Source: Podarcis erhardii
Taxonomy: Eukaryota
NCBI GenBank assembly: GCA_964252035.1
Contig: OZ176208.1
Direction: 5' to 3' (one strand)
DNA length: 64,000 nucleotides
Both the position numbers and the translations under genes were made by a program. Shown piece by piece: positions 12,601 through 25,860 of this stretch (position 1 is its first letter; the number at the start of each line of letters is the position of its first letter). The notes beneath the pieces were generated by a model that did no database searches, had not been told where the DNA came from, and saw only the letters and a list, made by a program, of their open reading frames with translations.

Positions 12601-15600
12601 TTCAAATGCTCATTCCATCCCTAGTTTTCTAGTCCATTATTTTCCACAGAATTATTTCTTTGGAGCAGTTCTGAAGGTTATCCAATCCAGTGCCTTGAAG
12701 TACTGAGATACCAATCATATCCAAACATTCCTAATGAAGGAGACATTAAACAGTACTGTAAAAGACAGAGCTATATCATCTATGACCCATTAAGCCAAAC
12801 ACAATCTGAGAGTTGGTCTTGCTCCCTATATGCTGATGCGGTCGTTGCAGTCACCAGGAGAACCATGTCTTATGGAGTCATGTCCCCAGGGTGGTGACAT
12901 GGGCCTGGACTTTTAGTATGGAACTCCCTTCGGGAGGCTAACAGACAAGTACTTTTGAGATTTTGGTGCCTATTGGAGAGGTTTTTATTCTAGTAGGCAT
13001 GCAGAGAAGGAGAATCCCCACCTGGTCATTATCAACTCTGGAGCAGTTTAATGATGACTTAATAGGTTTACATATTGAATTGAGATTTTATTATTGTTTG
13101 TTCCTTGCTTTTGAGGTTCTTTTCTGCAAATAAGGTGATTTTAAAAATCACTTTATTATTTTTGTATTATTAATACACCTATCAGCTAAGTATGAGGACC
13201 CATCAAAGGAGTAAACGACCCACCTAGTTACCTCTATTGTACATTAATTCAACCTATTGTGTAACCAATTTAATCTTTGTTGTTGTTTTCTTGCTAATTG
13301 TTTAAACTTTGTCATTTTTAGACAGTTGACAGGCCGAAGGATTGGTATAAGACGATGTTCAAGCAAATACACATGGTTCACAAGCCTGGTATGTCCAACT
13401 TCCTCTCCTTGCTGTATTTTCATACATCTTGCTGTTTTGCTGTCAGATAATAATATATGGCAGTGGTCATTCAATAATAAAATACCAAGGTCCAGTGGGC
13501 ACTTTGAGCCAAATAAGTATATTCAATACAGCTGGTGCATTTTTCTGTGGGGAAAACTTAAGGAATTCTCTAACAGAAATTAACATTTTAAAGAAGTACA
13601 GAAAAATAAGAGAGGTTACAATGAGTGTGTTAGGGAAACGAAGTAGCTCGGGGTTTTGTGTTCATCCCTTAGAATTCATCCCTTGGGAAGATTTTCATTG
13701 CTGTAATCCTGCCAAGGCAACAAATCAAATAAAGAGCTCTTCCTTTTTTTCTTTCTTCTATAAATTCAACAAAATTAATGACAAAATGATCCTAGCCTAG
13801 GTATGGAATCATTTGGTTCTCCTCTTGGTTTAGTTATTGTAAAAGGAGTCGCTTTGCGTAGTAAGTACTAAGAATAACATTTAATCCAAGAATAAAAGAC
13901 AGTGACTGGTCCAGGGTTATGAAGTGAGTTTCATGGCTGAGCAGGGAACTGATCGAATAACAATAATTTATTGATTAACTGAGCAATCCTGGAGGAGCAA
14001 AGGGGAGAGGGAGCTAAATGATGGATGTGGCAGCCAAAATGGAAGCTGAGGGGAGCACTTTTGCTGGGCTTTTCAGCGCAGTGGATCACTATATTTTGTA
14101 TCTACGCCCTCCCCACCATCACCAAAAGCACTGGAGAAATTAGCTTCATCTGCTCCAGGTTAGCATAGATGAAGAGCCTAAATTCAGTCCCTCACATGGA
14201 AACAAAACATCCTTGGATCCAGCAGATCCATAGTTGATTCTGTTCCATTCTCATAATGCTCCACACTCTGTGGCTATAGGTTTGCTATCACAAGCAAGAA
14301 CACCAAATGGGGGTAGCTTTCTATCCACCAAGCTTTCTGAGGGTACAGTACGGAGCCTCCACAATCTCAGTCTATCCATCCACTAGCAAAGGACAGATAC
14401 CTAGGTCTTTTCCTAATTACACCCCCTCTGCAAACAGGCAATACCAGGAGATCAGGATTGCCCTCTTAATCTACATATACATTACAATGGCACCATCTTC
14501 AAAAAAGCCTTTCCGGATGTGTGTGAAAGGTGATGCTGCCACCTGTTGCATTTGTAAATTCCTGTTTTAAAATAATTAACATAAAATCCCCACTGCCAGT
14601 AAATCAGGGCCATATTTAAGTTGATTAAATATTTGTTGTTGATTAACTAACGAATCGGCTAAATATTCCATACCTAACTGGAAGGGCCATAGCTCAGTGG
14701 TAGAGCATACTGCTGTATTTCCCTCTCAAGTGACAGGACAGCTGTATGCAATCCAGGATTGGTAGCTTGTGATAGACTCCTGAAGAATAAAGCTGGCTAC
14801 AATTTGCTTGTTGTTTTACAGTATTTGGGATAGTAGAGCTGCCTTGCTGTTCTAAGAGGACCAGTGTTGCACCACTATAACATTTATCTTTCTTTTTGTA
14901 GATGATGACACAGACATGTATAATACTGCCTATGCATATAATACTGGTAGGAATTATTCCTTCCCTTCATGAGTCTGTTCTCGTTAATTTTGGCGATTAC
15001 CTAACCTTGTAGGCCCATCCTTCTTGTGCTTGTGTAACTGCAGTTTTTATTGTTGTGTTGTGGGATCTCAGTGTATTGTTGTCATTTCGATATTTTCCTG
15101 ACACCTGAATGATTGCGTGTGAATTCTTTTTCCAGCCAAATAACCCAAAATGTATTTTCAATGGTGACCTTCCACTGCTTTGATTTTGTACTAATTTGGA
15201 CAGATTCTGGCTTTGTGAACAGTTTCAAAGCAGAGCTTGATTACTAGCATAACCTCCATCAACATGCATTGGGGATGATAAAGGTAGTAGCTGAGTAGAA
15301 TACTGCATTGTATGCATAAAACATGGGAACAATCCAAAGTCATATATTTTTGTGTTTCATTAATTTTAATATGAGAGAGTTAACACTGAAATAAATAAAT
15401 TCTGCTCAGGGCTAAACTATACATTATGCTAAAGGAGCAGGTGGGCAATTGTTATTTGGGCAATTGTTATATAACAACACACTGTCACATTTGGGACAAA
15501 AATTGCCTGCTTTCTGGCCATGTAGCTAGGAAGCATAGGAAAAGCCCCCTGCACCTGTAATTAATTAAAATAAATCCAGAGCTGTATCTGCATGCTCTTC

Positions 15601-18600
15601 ATTAAGTGTAATGCGTAGTTTGGCTCTCTGTTTCGTTTAATTTTCACTAGATCATCCCCTTTACCATGGGACAAAATATGAATCCAAAACTCAAGCTTCC
15701 ACACTGTGCATTCCATTAAAGCTGTCAGCACGTTGCTTTTGCAACTGCTGGAAATTAAAATGAAATTGTCAATATAACAATAGAAAGTGACAGAACAGCG
15801 GTTGAAGGCTGCAAATTTCTGTAAAAATGTACATCAAGCCAAATAATTGTGAAAATATATCAGATGTACTTATTGATTAGAAAAGCCCTTTAAAAATGTG
15901 TTATACATATTTGCAAAAATATGCAAAATGGTAATGCACCATAGGAAAAAATGCATTTTTAAAAATGCAACTTCCAATTTAAGTTCACATCACAATCTGC
16001 ATAGATTCAATCTTCACTTGCAAAAAAATTACATTTATGTGATCTGCTTGGGTGACTGTCCAGAACTAATGCTGATAAATATTATATTACTAACCAGAAA
16101 GGCATTGTTACAAAATTAACAAAGGCATGCTTAAATTCAAGCATGTGTGTATTTCTTTTTCAGTTTTCTGCTAGCAAGCAACCACCAAGATAACAATGGC
16201 AGCCAGCAGTAAATTATCCCAACTGTGGCTATGCCTCAAGGCACTTCCAGATTTTAGAGAAGTGGGAACAGAACCCTTTATCCATGTATCAAGTCCACCT
16301 AAGGCATGATAAACCACTTGCATTGGACTGCAGAAATAGGGGTCCTGTCAAGCCATTGATATGGCCCTATACCCAGGTGGTGTGCTGCATTTCACTTGAT
16401 GGTTTACAAGTTGTGCAAGCCATGCTTACCATGAATCAATATGGGACTTCTGGTACCAAAAACACTTCTTTTGATTGAACAATTGCCCAGAGGCACCCTT
16501 TTTCTTAACTTTTAGGAGTATGTTGTTTGCCTGAACTTGATCTACTCTTTTGAACCTGGCTCCAGTTAATAGAGCTCAGGGTTCTAGTAAAAATCAAAGA
16601 AGTCTGCCCACTCCAGTCAAGACCAGTCGTTGCAAGTTCCATTGAATTTAGTGGGATCTACTTCCAATAAATGTGTTTAGGGACTGAAATGTGTGTCATT
16701 ACATACCCTTCTCAAAGATAGGTCCACAAGTATCATCTGTGTTGGGTATATGATGTGGAATCCAAGGTGGTGGCGTACAAGTGGATGACTCTTTTGTTCT
16801 CATCCTGGGAGCCATGGTCTTTGGAAATCTGCCCTTCTTGCTGCAGCCTTCCACACCACATGCTAGTCTGTTCTAGAGGATGCCCTAGTCTCTAGGAGCC
16901 GATGTTTAGGGGCACAGGCTGCTGCAGAGGAAAAGAAGAAGCAGGAAAATTCCATTCTGTAAACTCTATGCCATTCATGGAACTGAGGATATAAGCCAAG
17001 AAGAACTACCATTAAATTCACATTAATTTTTAAAAACCCATAATTGAATGTGGCATATATGTATTATATCAAGTGATGTTAATAGTTAATTATGGCTTTT
17101 TTCTGTTTTGTCATTTTATTAGGTAACTTTAGCCCATCCTTTTCTGCTCAAGCACACCCTGCTGCAAGAACACAGACATACAGACCGCTGACGAAAAGTA
17201 CTTCTGACAATGGCACGGAGGCCTTTAAGGTCTCGTCCCCTGTACCTCCACCACCCCCAGCACCACCAATTCGCCCACGGCAACGATCTGCACCAGAGAA
17301 GTAAGCCTTGCAGCCGTTTTGTAGCAGTCAATCTAGAAGCAGCAAATTCCATGAGGCATAATGTGAGAGGCATTATTTCAGGCTCTTTTAATGTGTAAAG
17401 CACATAAGAAGTATTTTTATACTCGCTGCAAGTGCTTTTACATAGAGTGTGCCTTGCTTCACCATAAATAACTTAACAATCTAAACTGCTCCACTCACAC
17501 CACAAAGAGCTCATAACCCACCTACTCTCAGTAGCCAGAAACATCATAGCCAGACACTGGTGAGACCTGTCAGGAGTAAGCATGGACCAAGGGTATCAAA
17601 TAGTATGGGAAGCAGCCTTATTGGAAAAACTAACCAATAAACTTAAACTCACACAGGGACAAATAGAAGACGACGCCTTCACCTCGGTACGGCTCCTTTA
17701 TCACATACACAGCCCAACAAGACAACAACAAGAATCCCCCGACAGCATACAAATCAATCTGGCTAGCATGATTCAAAAATACACACTCACACCTGGCTCA
17801 CACATAAAAACAATTCTCACTACAGCCAACCAAAGACAACCAACTACACCCTACGCCACACCCAACCTCTCTTACCACCAAGGAAATACAAGTGAATAGT
17901 AAGAGAACCCATACAAGTAATGCTGACACAACCCCTCACACACACTAAGTAGAATAATGGAAGCATAACCACCCCACCCCACTCGTCACTCCCCTCTCCC
18001 TTTCTTCTTCTTCCTAATTGTTTAAACCAATTCATAAACCAAGAATTTATACAATGACCACTAATAATGAAACATATGTTGTAGATATTTTTCCACATTT
18101 ATTATGCTATTTTTGTGATACACAAACATGAGGAAACTTGGTATACTTGTTTGTATAACATTTTTCATGTTTATAAAAGCCAGTTTAAAAAAAATATCTA
18201 AACTGCTGCATTGCCTCTTGACTTTCAAATACCATAATGTCACTAATTATGCTATTGCGAAGCATGGTTTTCCTTTCTATGAAATCTCTGCTTTTAGTGT
18301 CAGTTTTATTGTGATTTTACAAATGGCACATGGAGAAAGTAGGCTTGCAGTACCCACAAGACATTTTTTATATATGAATAGAGCTTGGTGGGAAAGATGA
18401 TTTAATTCAGTTGTCAACTTTATTTTATCTTAGAAATGAGTGGGACCCTCCAGATAGAAAAGTAGACACGCGCAAATTCCGTTCAGAACCAAGGAGTATT
18501 TTTGAATACGAGCCAGGGAAGTCTTCTATCCTCGAACACGAGAGACCGGTAAGTGAAGTCGGTTTGTATTTAAACATGACAAATAGTTTAATGAGTTCAT

Positions 18601-21314
18601 TTCTAGTCATAAAAGCTGACATAGTTTTAACGGATATCATTAGATGCTTTGAAATGAAAAGTACTGAACTCTTCTTAAAGAGATTTGTTGTGGTGGTTGA
18701 AGGGTTCACATTTTTTGGCTGAAATGTCGCAATTTTGGTTTGCTTGCCACATTTGACTACTTTGGATTTTTTTAAATGTTGGACTCAATCTGAAAAATGT
18801 TCTCGTTTAACTTGTCACATAGGTAAGCAGTCTTATAAGCCCCTAGTTGCAGAATGAATGTGGGGAGTTTGTCACCTTTGTAGCAATTTTACCAGCACAT
18901 GTATAACATGAAAGTTGTTACACATTGGGGGGGGGGGGATCCTTGTTCCTAGGCACTCCAGAAAAATTAAATCCACAAATGTGTTTTCATTATTTATGCT
19001 TAATGAGGTCTTCACAAATGATGGCTCAATGCACACTAACTTGTGGCTAAATGTCTCTGTTGCATATTTTAAGCTAGGGTTCATATAAAATTATTTAAAA
19101 GCATGCTTAATAAGGCTGATACTTGCAAAATTACCACTAATGTTCCTAGTAACACTATGGCATACTCTGCTCATTGACTTTTATTGCATATGCGTAGTCT
19201 TGGGGGAAGTGTGCTTTGCTCAAACGTACTAAAACACAATACTGTGCTTGCAAAAGTAACATCTTTTATACCTTTAGTGGACACAAAAGCAGTATCTTTC
19301 TTCATTACCCAGAAGGTGGTCTAGCTGAGCTGGCTTTAACCAGACCAGTACAATTTATGTTGCCTAACTTGGATACAGCAATTGTCTTTAAATACTCAGC
19401 ATTTTTAGGGTTGATCTTTAGCATTCTAATATATCATTTTAGAAGTTGTAAATGATTTTATATTTCCACTGTTCAGGAATTAAAATACTGATTGATGTAG
19501 GTACCCAAATGCTGAATTTTACTTATGACATGTTACTTTGTGGTCATTGCTTTTGAAGCCAAATTTTACCATAGCAGTTATATAGCATATAAACTGCACT
19601 GAATGGGTATGTCTTAATATTTCCCTGTCTTATCGGTTAAACCAGTTAGGGGGTAGTTTCCAGTTTTTATTTCTCAAGTATGATTAATAATGAAGGTTTC
19701 AGTGGGAATCTAGATTATTTGTCACAAATGCAATAACTTGTATCAGCATATCATGCATGATGAAATTTTATATACATGCGGGATAAGTGTAACTTAATAT
19801 TTGGGAAGAATTAAAGTTAACATTGGCCAATTGCGACCAGCCAACGTTCACAATAATAGTGTGCCATTCTTCTTCTTTTTTAAAGTGATGAATTAACTGT
19901 AATCATCACATCTATGAAACTTCTGAAGGCCAAGCATAAAAACCTGACCCTATATTGATTTAAGAAAATGTCTGTGCTTTGCCTCCTATCAAGGACAGGC
20001 ACATTGTGCAATCTGAAGAAAATTGGGGTGAAATTATATGTTATGAGAAATACAAGATCGCTGCTGAAAATTACCATACTTCTGCTCTCTACTGTAACAT
20101 GGAGAAATCAGTCAATTTCCAGTCTGTGTCAGTATTACATGTGCACATTCATAAGTTCCATTTCTGCATTAATCCCTGCACCCCAAACAGCCCATTTGGG
20201 GAGTTTCTGTTGGTAATGGCAGAGCTTCCCCACTGGCAGAGCTGAGTGGAGGGAGCTTTCTGCCCTATTCAAATCCTCTCTAGGACAGCAGATTAGGGGT
20301 TTGGATTCCTCTCCTCTGCACCACTTCAGAAACATTTATAATTAAAACATTCTCAAATTACTATCCTCGTCTGGTATTCAACTTCTGCAATAGAAATATC
20401 ATGGAGCAAAAACCCCACCCAATACAAATAACTCTGCATATTGAAATGTTTCACAAATGCACCCTTGTTTAGAACAGTGGAACCTCGGCTCCTGAACGCC
20501 TTGGGAGTCAAACGTTCTGGCTCTGGAACGAAGAAAAACGAGAAGTAATTGTTCAGTTCTTGAACGTTCTTTGGAAGCCAAATGCCCGGCGCGGCTTCCA
20601 CAGCTTCTAATTGACTGCAGGAAGCTGCTGCAGCCAATCAGAAGCCGTGCCTTGGTCCCTGAACTGTTTTGGGAATCGAACAGACTCCCAGAACAGATTA
20701 AGTTTGGGAACCAAGGTTTCACTGTAATGCCTAGCAAATCCTAAATTAATTCACTTTATTTTTTACCAGATTTCCCCATTGGAATAAAGCTTTAGTTATG
20801 TGAGATTCATCATTGATGTAATCTAAATATAAGCATCTCCCCAAACCCTGCTTGCACTTGTAGCTGGCACTGATTGCCGAGGACTCCATTTCACGTTGTG
20901 ACAAATTGAGTAAGTTTGTTTCTAAATGTTCAAAGGGAGCTGCAAAACGCTAAATGTTTCAAAGAACTTTGGAGGTCTGGATCTTAAACGGTAGCTGTGG
21001 TGTTCTGACAATCGCTTCCTTTTGAACAGACTCTAAATCAATTAGCACAGAGCCAAGTTGTTAATGTAACATTAATTTTGAAGTCTTCACTGTACAACTG
21101 ATGTTAATTGTAAAACAGTTCATTTGCATAAAGTAATAGGCATGCCTTTTTGTGTCAGAGCTGCAAAATTTGTGGACAAAAGAAATGCAATCTACAGAGT
21201 GCACTATAATTGGGACTTTGCCTTTTTATAGCATGTTCATGAAGTGGGAAATTAATTCCCATTACCTGGGGCTGTAACGCGAATTGAAATCTAATATGGA
21301 GAGAATGGGCATAA

Positions 21315-21348
<34 letters not shown>

Positions 21349-24300
21349 ACACACAGAGAGAGAGAGAGAGACAGAGAGAGAGAGAGACTATTTTCTGGCC
21401 CAGAAAGCAAAAGAATGTGGTTTTGCACTTTAGGGATATCACTTGTGTTTGCATCATGAATTCACCCACATTGCTTTCACAACTGGATCTTAGAATCATA
21501 GCGTTAAAGGCTCCAGATTTGCTTCCTTGGTGTATGGTTGGCACCTCCTTCAAGTGAGTCTAGAAAGCCGCCTGTGCTTTTAACTGCTTATGACAGGAAG
21601 ACATTTAGCAGGTGACACTTCTAGCATAGCAGAAGTTTTGTTTGTTGAAATTATTTTGGTCACACAGCTGTTAAAGTTGCCCGAACCTTGCTAGAAAAGA
21701 AAATGGGAGCATACCCTGCTTTTTGGTGGTAATAATAAGAAGTATTAATAATGTTGACTAGAGGAAAAAATGCAGTTGTTCTTAGCTATGGTTAGTAACA
21801 ACAAGCCAACTTCAAGCAATCATTTGTGAAGATGGCTTGTTTTCACTAACCATAGTCAAATTTAAGCATGTTTAGGATTCAGACAACATGCTAAACTGTA
21901 GTTAAGTGGGGGAGGGAGGAGGAGGAGAGCACAAGCCAGAGGGAGGCCACATTCATTCTCATAAGGGCCGATTTTCACCAGTTTCACCATTTTGCTACAT
22001 CAAATATCAGTGCTTTTTGCAAAACACATGGCCCCTGTAGGCATAGGTTATAGAGGTTTTGCTTCAAGGGCCTGTTGAATGCTAGCTATTTGGAAACCAC
22101 ATAACTGCCCATGATGCCAATGTAACATTAGCAGCCCTGGATACTTAAATGCATCACAGACTTGTTTTTTCAATTGCTGAGTTCCTCCGAAAAGATAACA
22201 GAAGAGGGAAGGAAAGGCACCAAACACAGGATCAAAAGGGGAGGAGACTTCAAAAGCATACAGAAAATAATGTGGTGCTCAATGCATTTATTCCTCTCTT
22301 TCAGAAAGGGACCAAAACTGCATTTTGAAGTATCTCAAAAAGCAGGGGAAGGCATGGTGTGGAATAGTTTGAAATCAGGGTTGACCCTGAGAAAGAATAG
22401 TTATACTAAAAATGTGTTGGGTAATAAATTATCTTCTGCACAGCTTTTGAGAGCTCCTGCCTTATCATTCCTCTAGCAAGCTAAACCCCAATTCCTCCAC
22501 TTTCCAAGAGCTCTGCTGCTTTCCTCTGTTTATGGAGAAAAATGTAAAGAAGTTAGCAGTCAAAGCCAGGAGGTACACAGAATTCCTTGTGCTCATATGT
22601 TTTTACTCTTCAGAATGTATATTATTTTTAGCAGTAGCTTTAGAAATATGTACTTAGAAATAATACCAAAAAATATGTATTTGATCCTAAAAGGCGCTTT
22701 GTATCAAACAGGTGTGCTATTTCAAACGTCTCAAAACAGAAGTTGAAAGTTCTACATTTTAGTATGCCATGTGTCAAAATCTATAGGTATTTATTTTGCA
22801 AAATTTATACACTGCCTGTTTGTAAAAACAACAGTGACCTCAAAGCAGTTTACCAAATAACATCAAATAAAAAATACAATACTTTAAAACATATAAAACG
22901 TAAAAATACCAAAACAGGTTTATAACTCACACCAACATATTTAAAGCCTCTGGGTAAGATTGCCTAGACAAGAATGCTTTTACCAGGCATCATAGGTATG
23001 ATGATGCTTATCCTTCATCTTGAGTTAGAGGCTCTTAAGCCAACTCAGAGTTTGACTATTATCGAAAGCCCCTCCCCTCCAAAACAAACATACCCTGCAG
23101 CCATCCGTGCTGGGGTTGTGGCACAGGAAAAAGAGGCAACACCAACTGCCTTCCTCTCTACTTCCTGGCTACTGTCAACAGCAGTGCATGATGCCTGGGA
23201 AACTGGAACACCACAACAAGATGGGAAGGGAAGTCATGGGAGAGCCACTTTGAGAGTAGAGAGGCACAGAATCTCTTTACTCGGGATCCCCTGTATCTTG
23301 TGAGATTTGGAGGCGAAAATACAGGGAGGCGTATATAAGGCCTTATCACATGTGGCTTGGCCTCAGTTGACCAGAGATTCCAGGCAAGCAGTCTGCAAAC
23401 ATAGATAGGTGCACTGCTCACCAGAACAAGCTGAAGTTGCTATTTACCACATAACCATATTGATGGTACTCCCCAATGCTTGCTTTTAACTTTAAATAAT
23501 GTGTGGGAGATCCAGTTGAGGACCTCTCTCAGTGCCCAGTCTAGTTTGGCCCCAAGTCCAGGGTAAAAAAGAGGAGCAAATACATTTTTAAAGATGTCAT
23601 ATTGATACCTTGACAAAGTGCTATTCCTCAATTAGCATTACAGCTTTGCTTTATTCAGTATGTCAGAAAGCAGCATGGATATCTGTCATTTCATCAAAGG
23701 AAGGCTATCAAATGTTGCTTGTTACAAGGAACTGCCCACCCAAGAGGCCCATATTGCACAGGGTTGGGTGTGCAATTCATAATTGACAGACATTTTTCTA
23801 TGTTGGGTTTGTAACATCATTGATTGAAAAGTATCAATTACTTGGAGGGGAAATAGAGCTGTTTTGGGGGGCAGCCCTTGTTTTGTTGAGCCCTTTCAGT
23901 TATTTCTGAGTCTGTTTTTGGCTCTCAAGGTGCTTATATTCCATGTTCTCTGTCAAAATAACTCTCAGTAAAGCTTACAACTGTGCAGTTTTATGAAATT
24001 CTGCAAGAAAAAATAAAATCTAAAATGAGACATCACTGAAACAGCTGAGCAACATGAGTGCTGCATCAAAAACAACTCTAAATGTTTTTCAATAATGAAT
24101 GTTAGCTCATACATGCCCATCCCTGAAATATATTTAGAGCACTTTTTCCTTTAAAACAAATTATGATTTTTCCCAACATCTGTTTGTATGCATGTTGCAT
24201 GCATGAGTACAGTTGTGCAAATTCTGCGTTTTTTAAGAAGAAAACCCCATACCTTCAGCTGACAGTTTGTAGTCCTCCCCCAAAAGCATATAAAGAGAGG

Positions 24301-25810
24301 AGGCATGTGTAAATTAGTACCAGGACAAAAAGTGGAGATATGTATCCAGGGTTCTATTTTTGATTGAGACCTCAGTTGCCTCTTTATTTATGCACACACA
24401 ACTTATTACATTTTGACAGTGCAGATCAAGTAACACAATTTTTTACTGTCCTGCTTACACACATAGCTGTATGGAGTTGCTGTATTACTTTTTTGGGGGA
24501 CAGCTTTAAAAATATGTATAGTGTATAGCAGGGGTGGGCAACCTAAGGCCCGTAGGCCGGGTGCGGCCCAATCGCCTTCTAAATCCGGCCTGCGTACAGT
24601 CCGGGAATCAGCATGTTTTTACATGAATAGAATATGTCCTTTTATTTAAAATGCATCTCTGGGTTATTTGGGGGGCATAGGAATTTGTTCATTATTTTTT
24701 TTCCAAAATATAGTCTGGCCCACCACATGGTCAGAGGGACGGTGGACCAGCCCACAGCTGAAAAAGGTTGCTGACCCCTGGTGTATGGGCTTACCTTATT
24801 ACAAAAATCAGAAAGGCAACATTGGCTCACCAGCCTGTTATCAGGCTCTGGTGGGTTACCAGGATTCTGCACAGATGTTGTGCCAGTTGGCAAGTTAACA
24901 AACTAGTTGAACGAACCTGTTTCACAGAATCAGAATTATAGAGTTGGAAGGGATCCCAATGGCATCTAGTTCAACCCCCTGCAGTGCATCAACAGCAGCT
25001 AAGGAATCCCTGACAGATGACCATCCAACCTCTATTTAAAAACCTCCAATGGAGAGTCTGCCACCTTTTGAAGTAGTCCATTCCCCTGTCAAACAGCTCT
25101 TACTGTCAAAGTTATTCCTTAATGTTTAGTCAGAATCTCCATTCTTCTAATTTGAATTCAGTGATCCAGATTCTATGCTCTGGAGCAGCAGAAACAAGCT
25201 TGCTCCATCATCCATACGATGGCCCTTCAGATATATTTGAAGATGGCTATCATATCACATCTCAGTCATCTCTTCTTCAGTCCCTTTGGGTTCCATCAGT
25301 CAACCAGCTGCAGTTGTACACAATGTTAGATTGTGTCAAAAGCTTATCTACATGTAAGTCTAGATGTGGACATTCTCCACAAATTTCTGTAGCAGTTCCT
25401 TTTAGTCATAATAACTAAATGGAGTCTCCATATTCAGAGACACCTTTGAGCTAGATGCCTTCCTATATCCATGCCCTCTCCCCCCCCCCCAAAAAAAATA
25501 CATTTGACTCAATTCAGATGGAATGATCTCAATCTGATAAATTATGGTTTGTTGAACTAAAAATGAGGGTTATGCCACAGTGCTTCCTTCCTACCTTAGT
25601 GCAAGACTTCCAGAGTTCCCTGTTATATCCAGTTTCCTATATACATATAAACATATAAACATATAATGCAGCTTTAAACACAGGCTGCAGTCCTCTTGTT
25701 TGTGAACTGGTGCAATCTGTGGTTAGCAATTTTCGCTAGCCTTAACCACAGTTCTCTGATTTTTATGTAAGGAGTTCTGGAAACCCTGCATCAAATCATT
25801 CAGGGGGGGG

Positions 25811-25860
<50 letters not shown>

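Noticed and set aside
22974-23303. 109-aa ORF containing SPSPP as the possible ortholog of a human Pro-rich SORBS2 cassette
   Set aside because: Similarity is limited to a low-complexity word; no convincing acceptor/donor pair.
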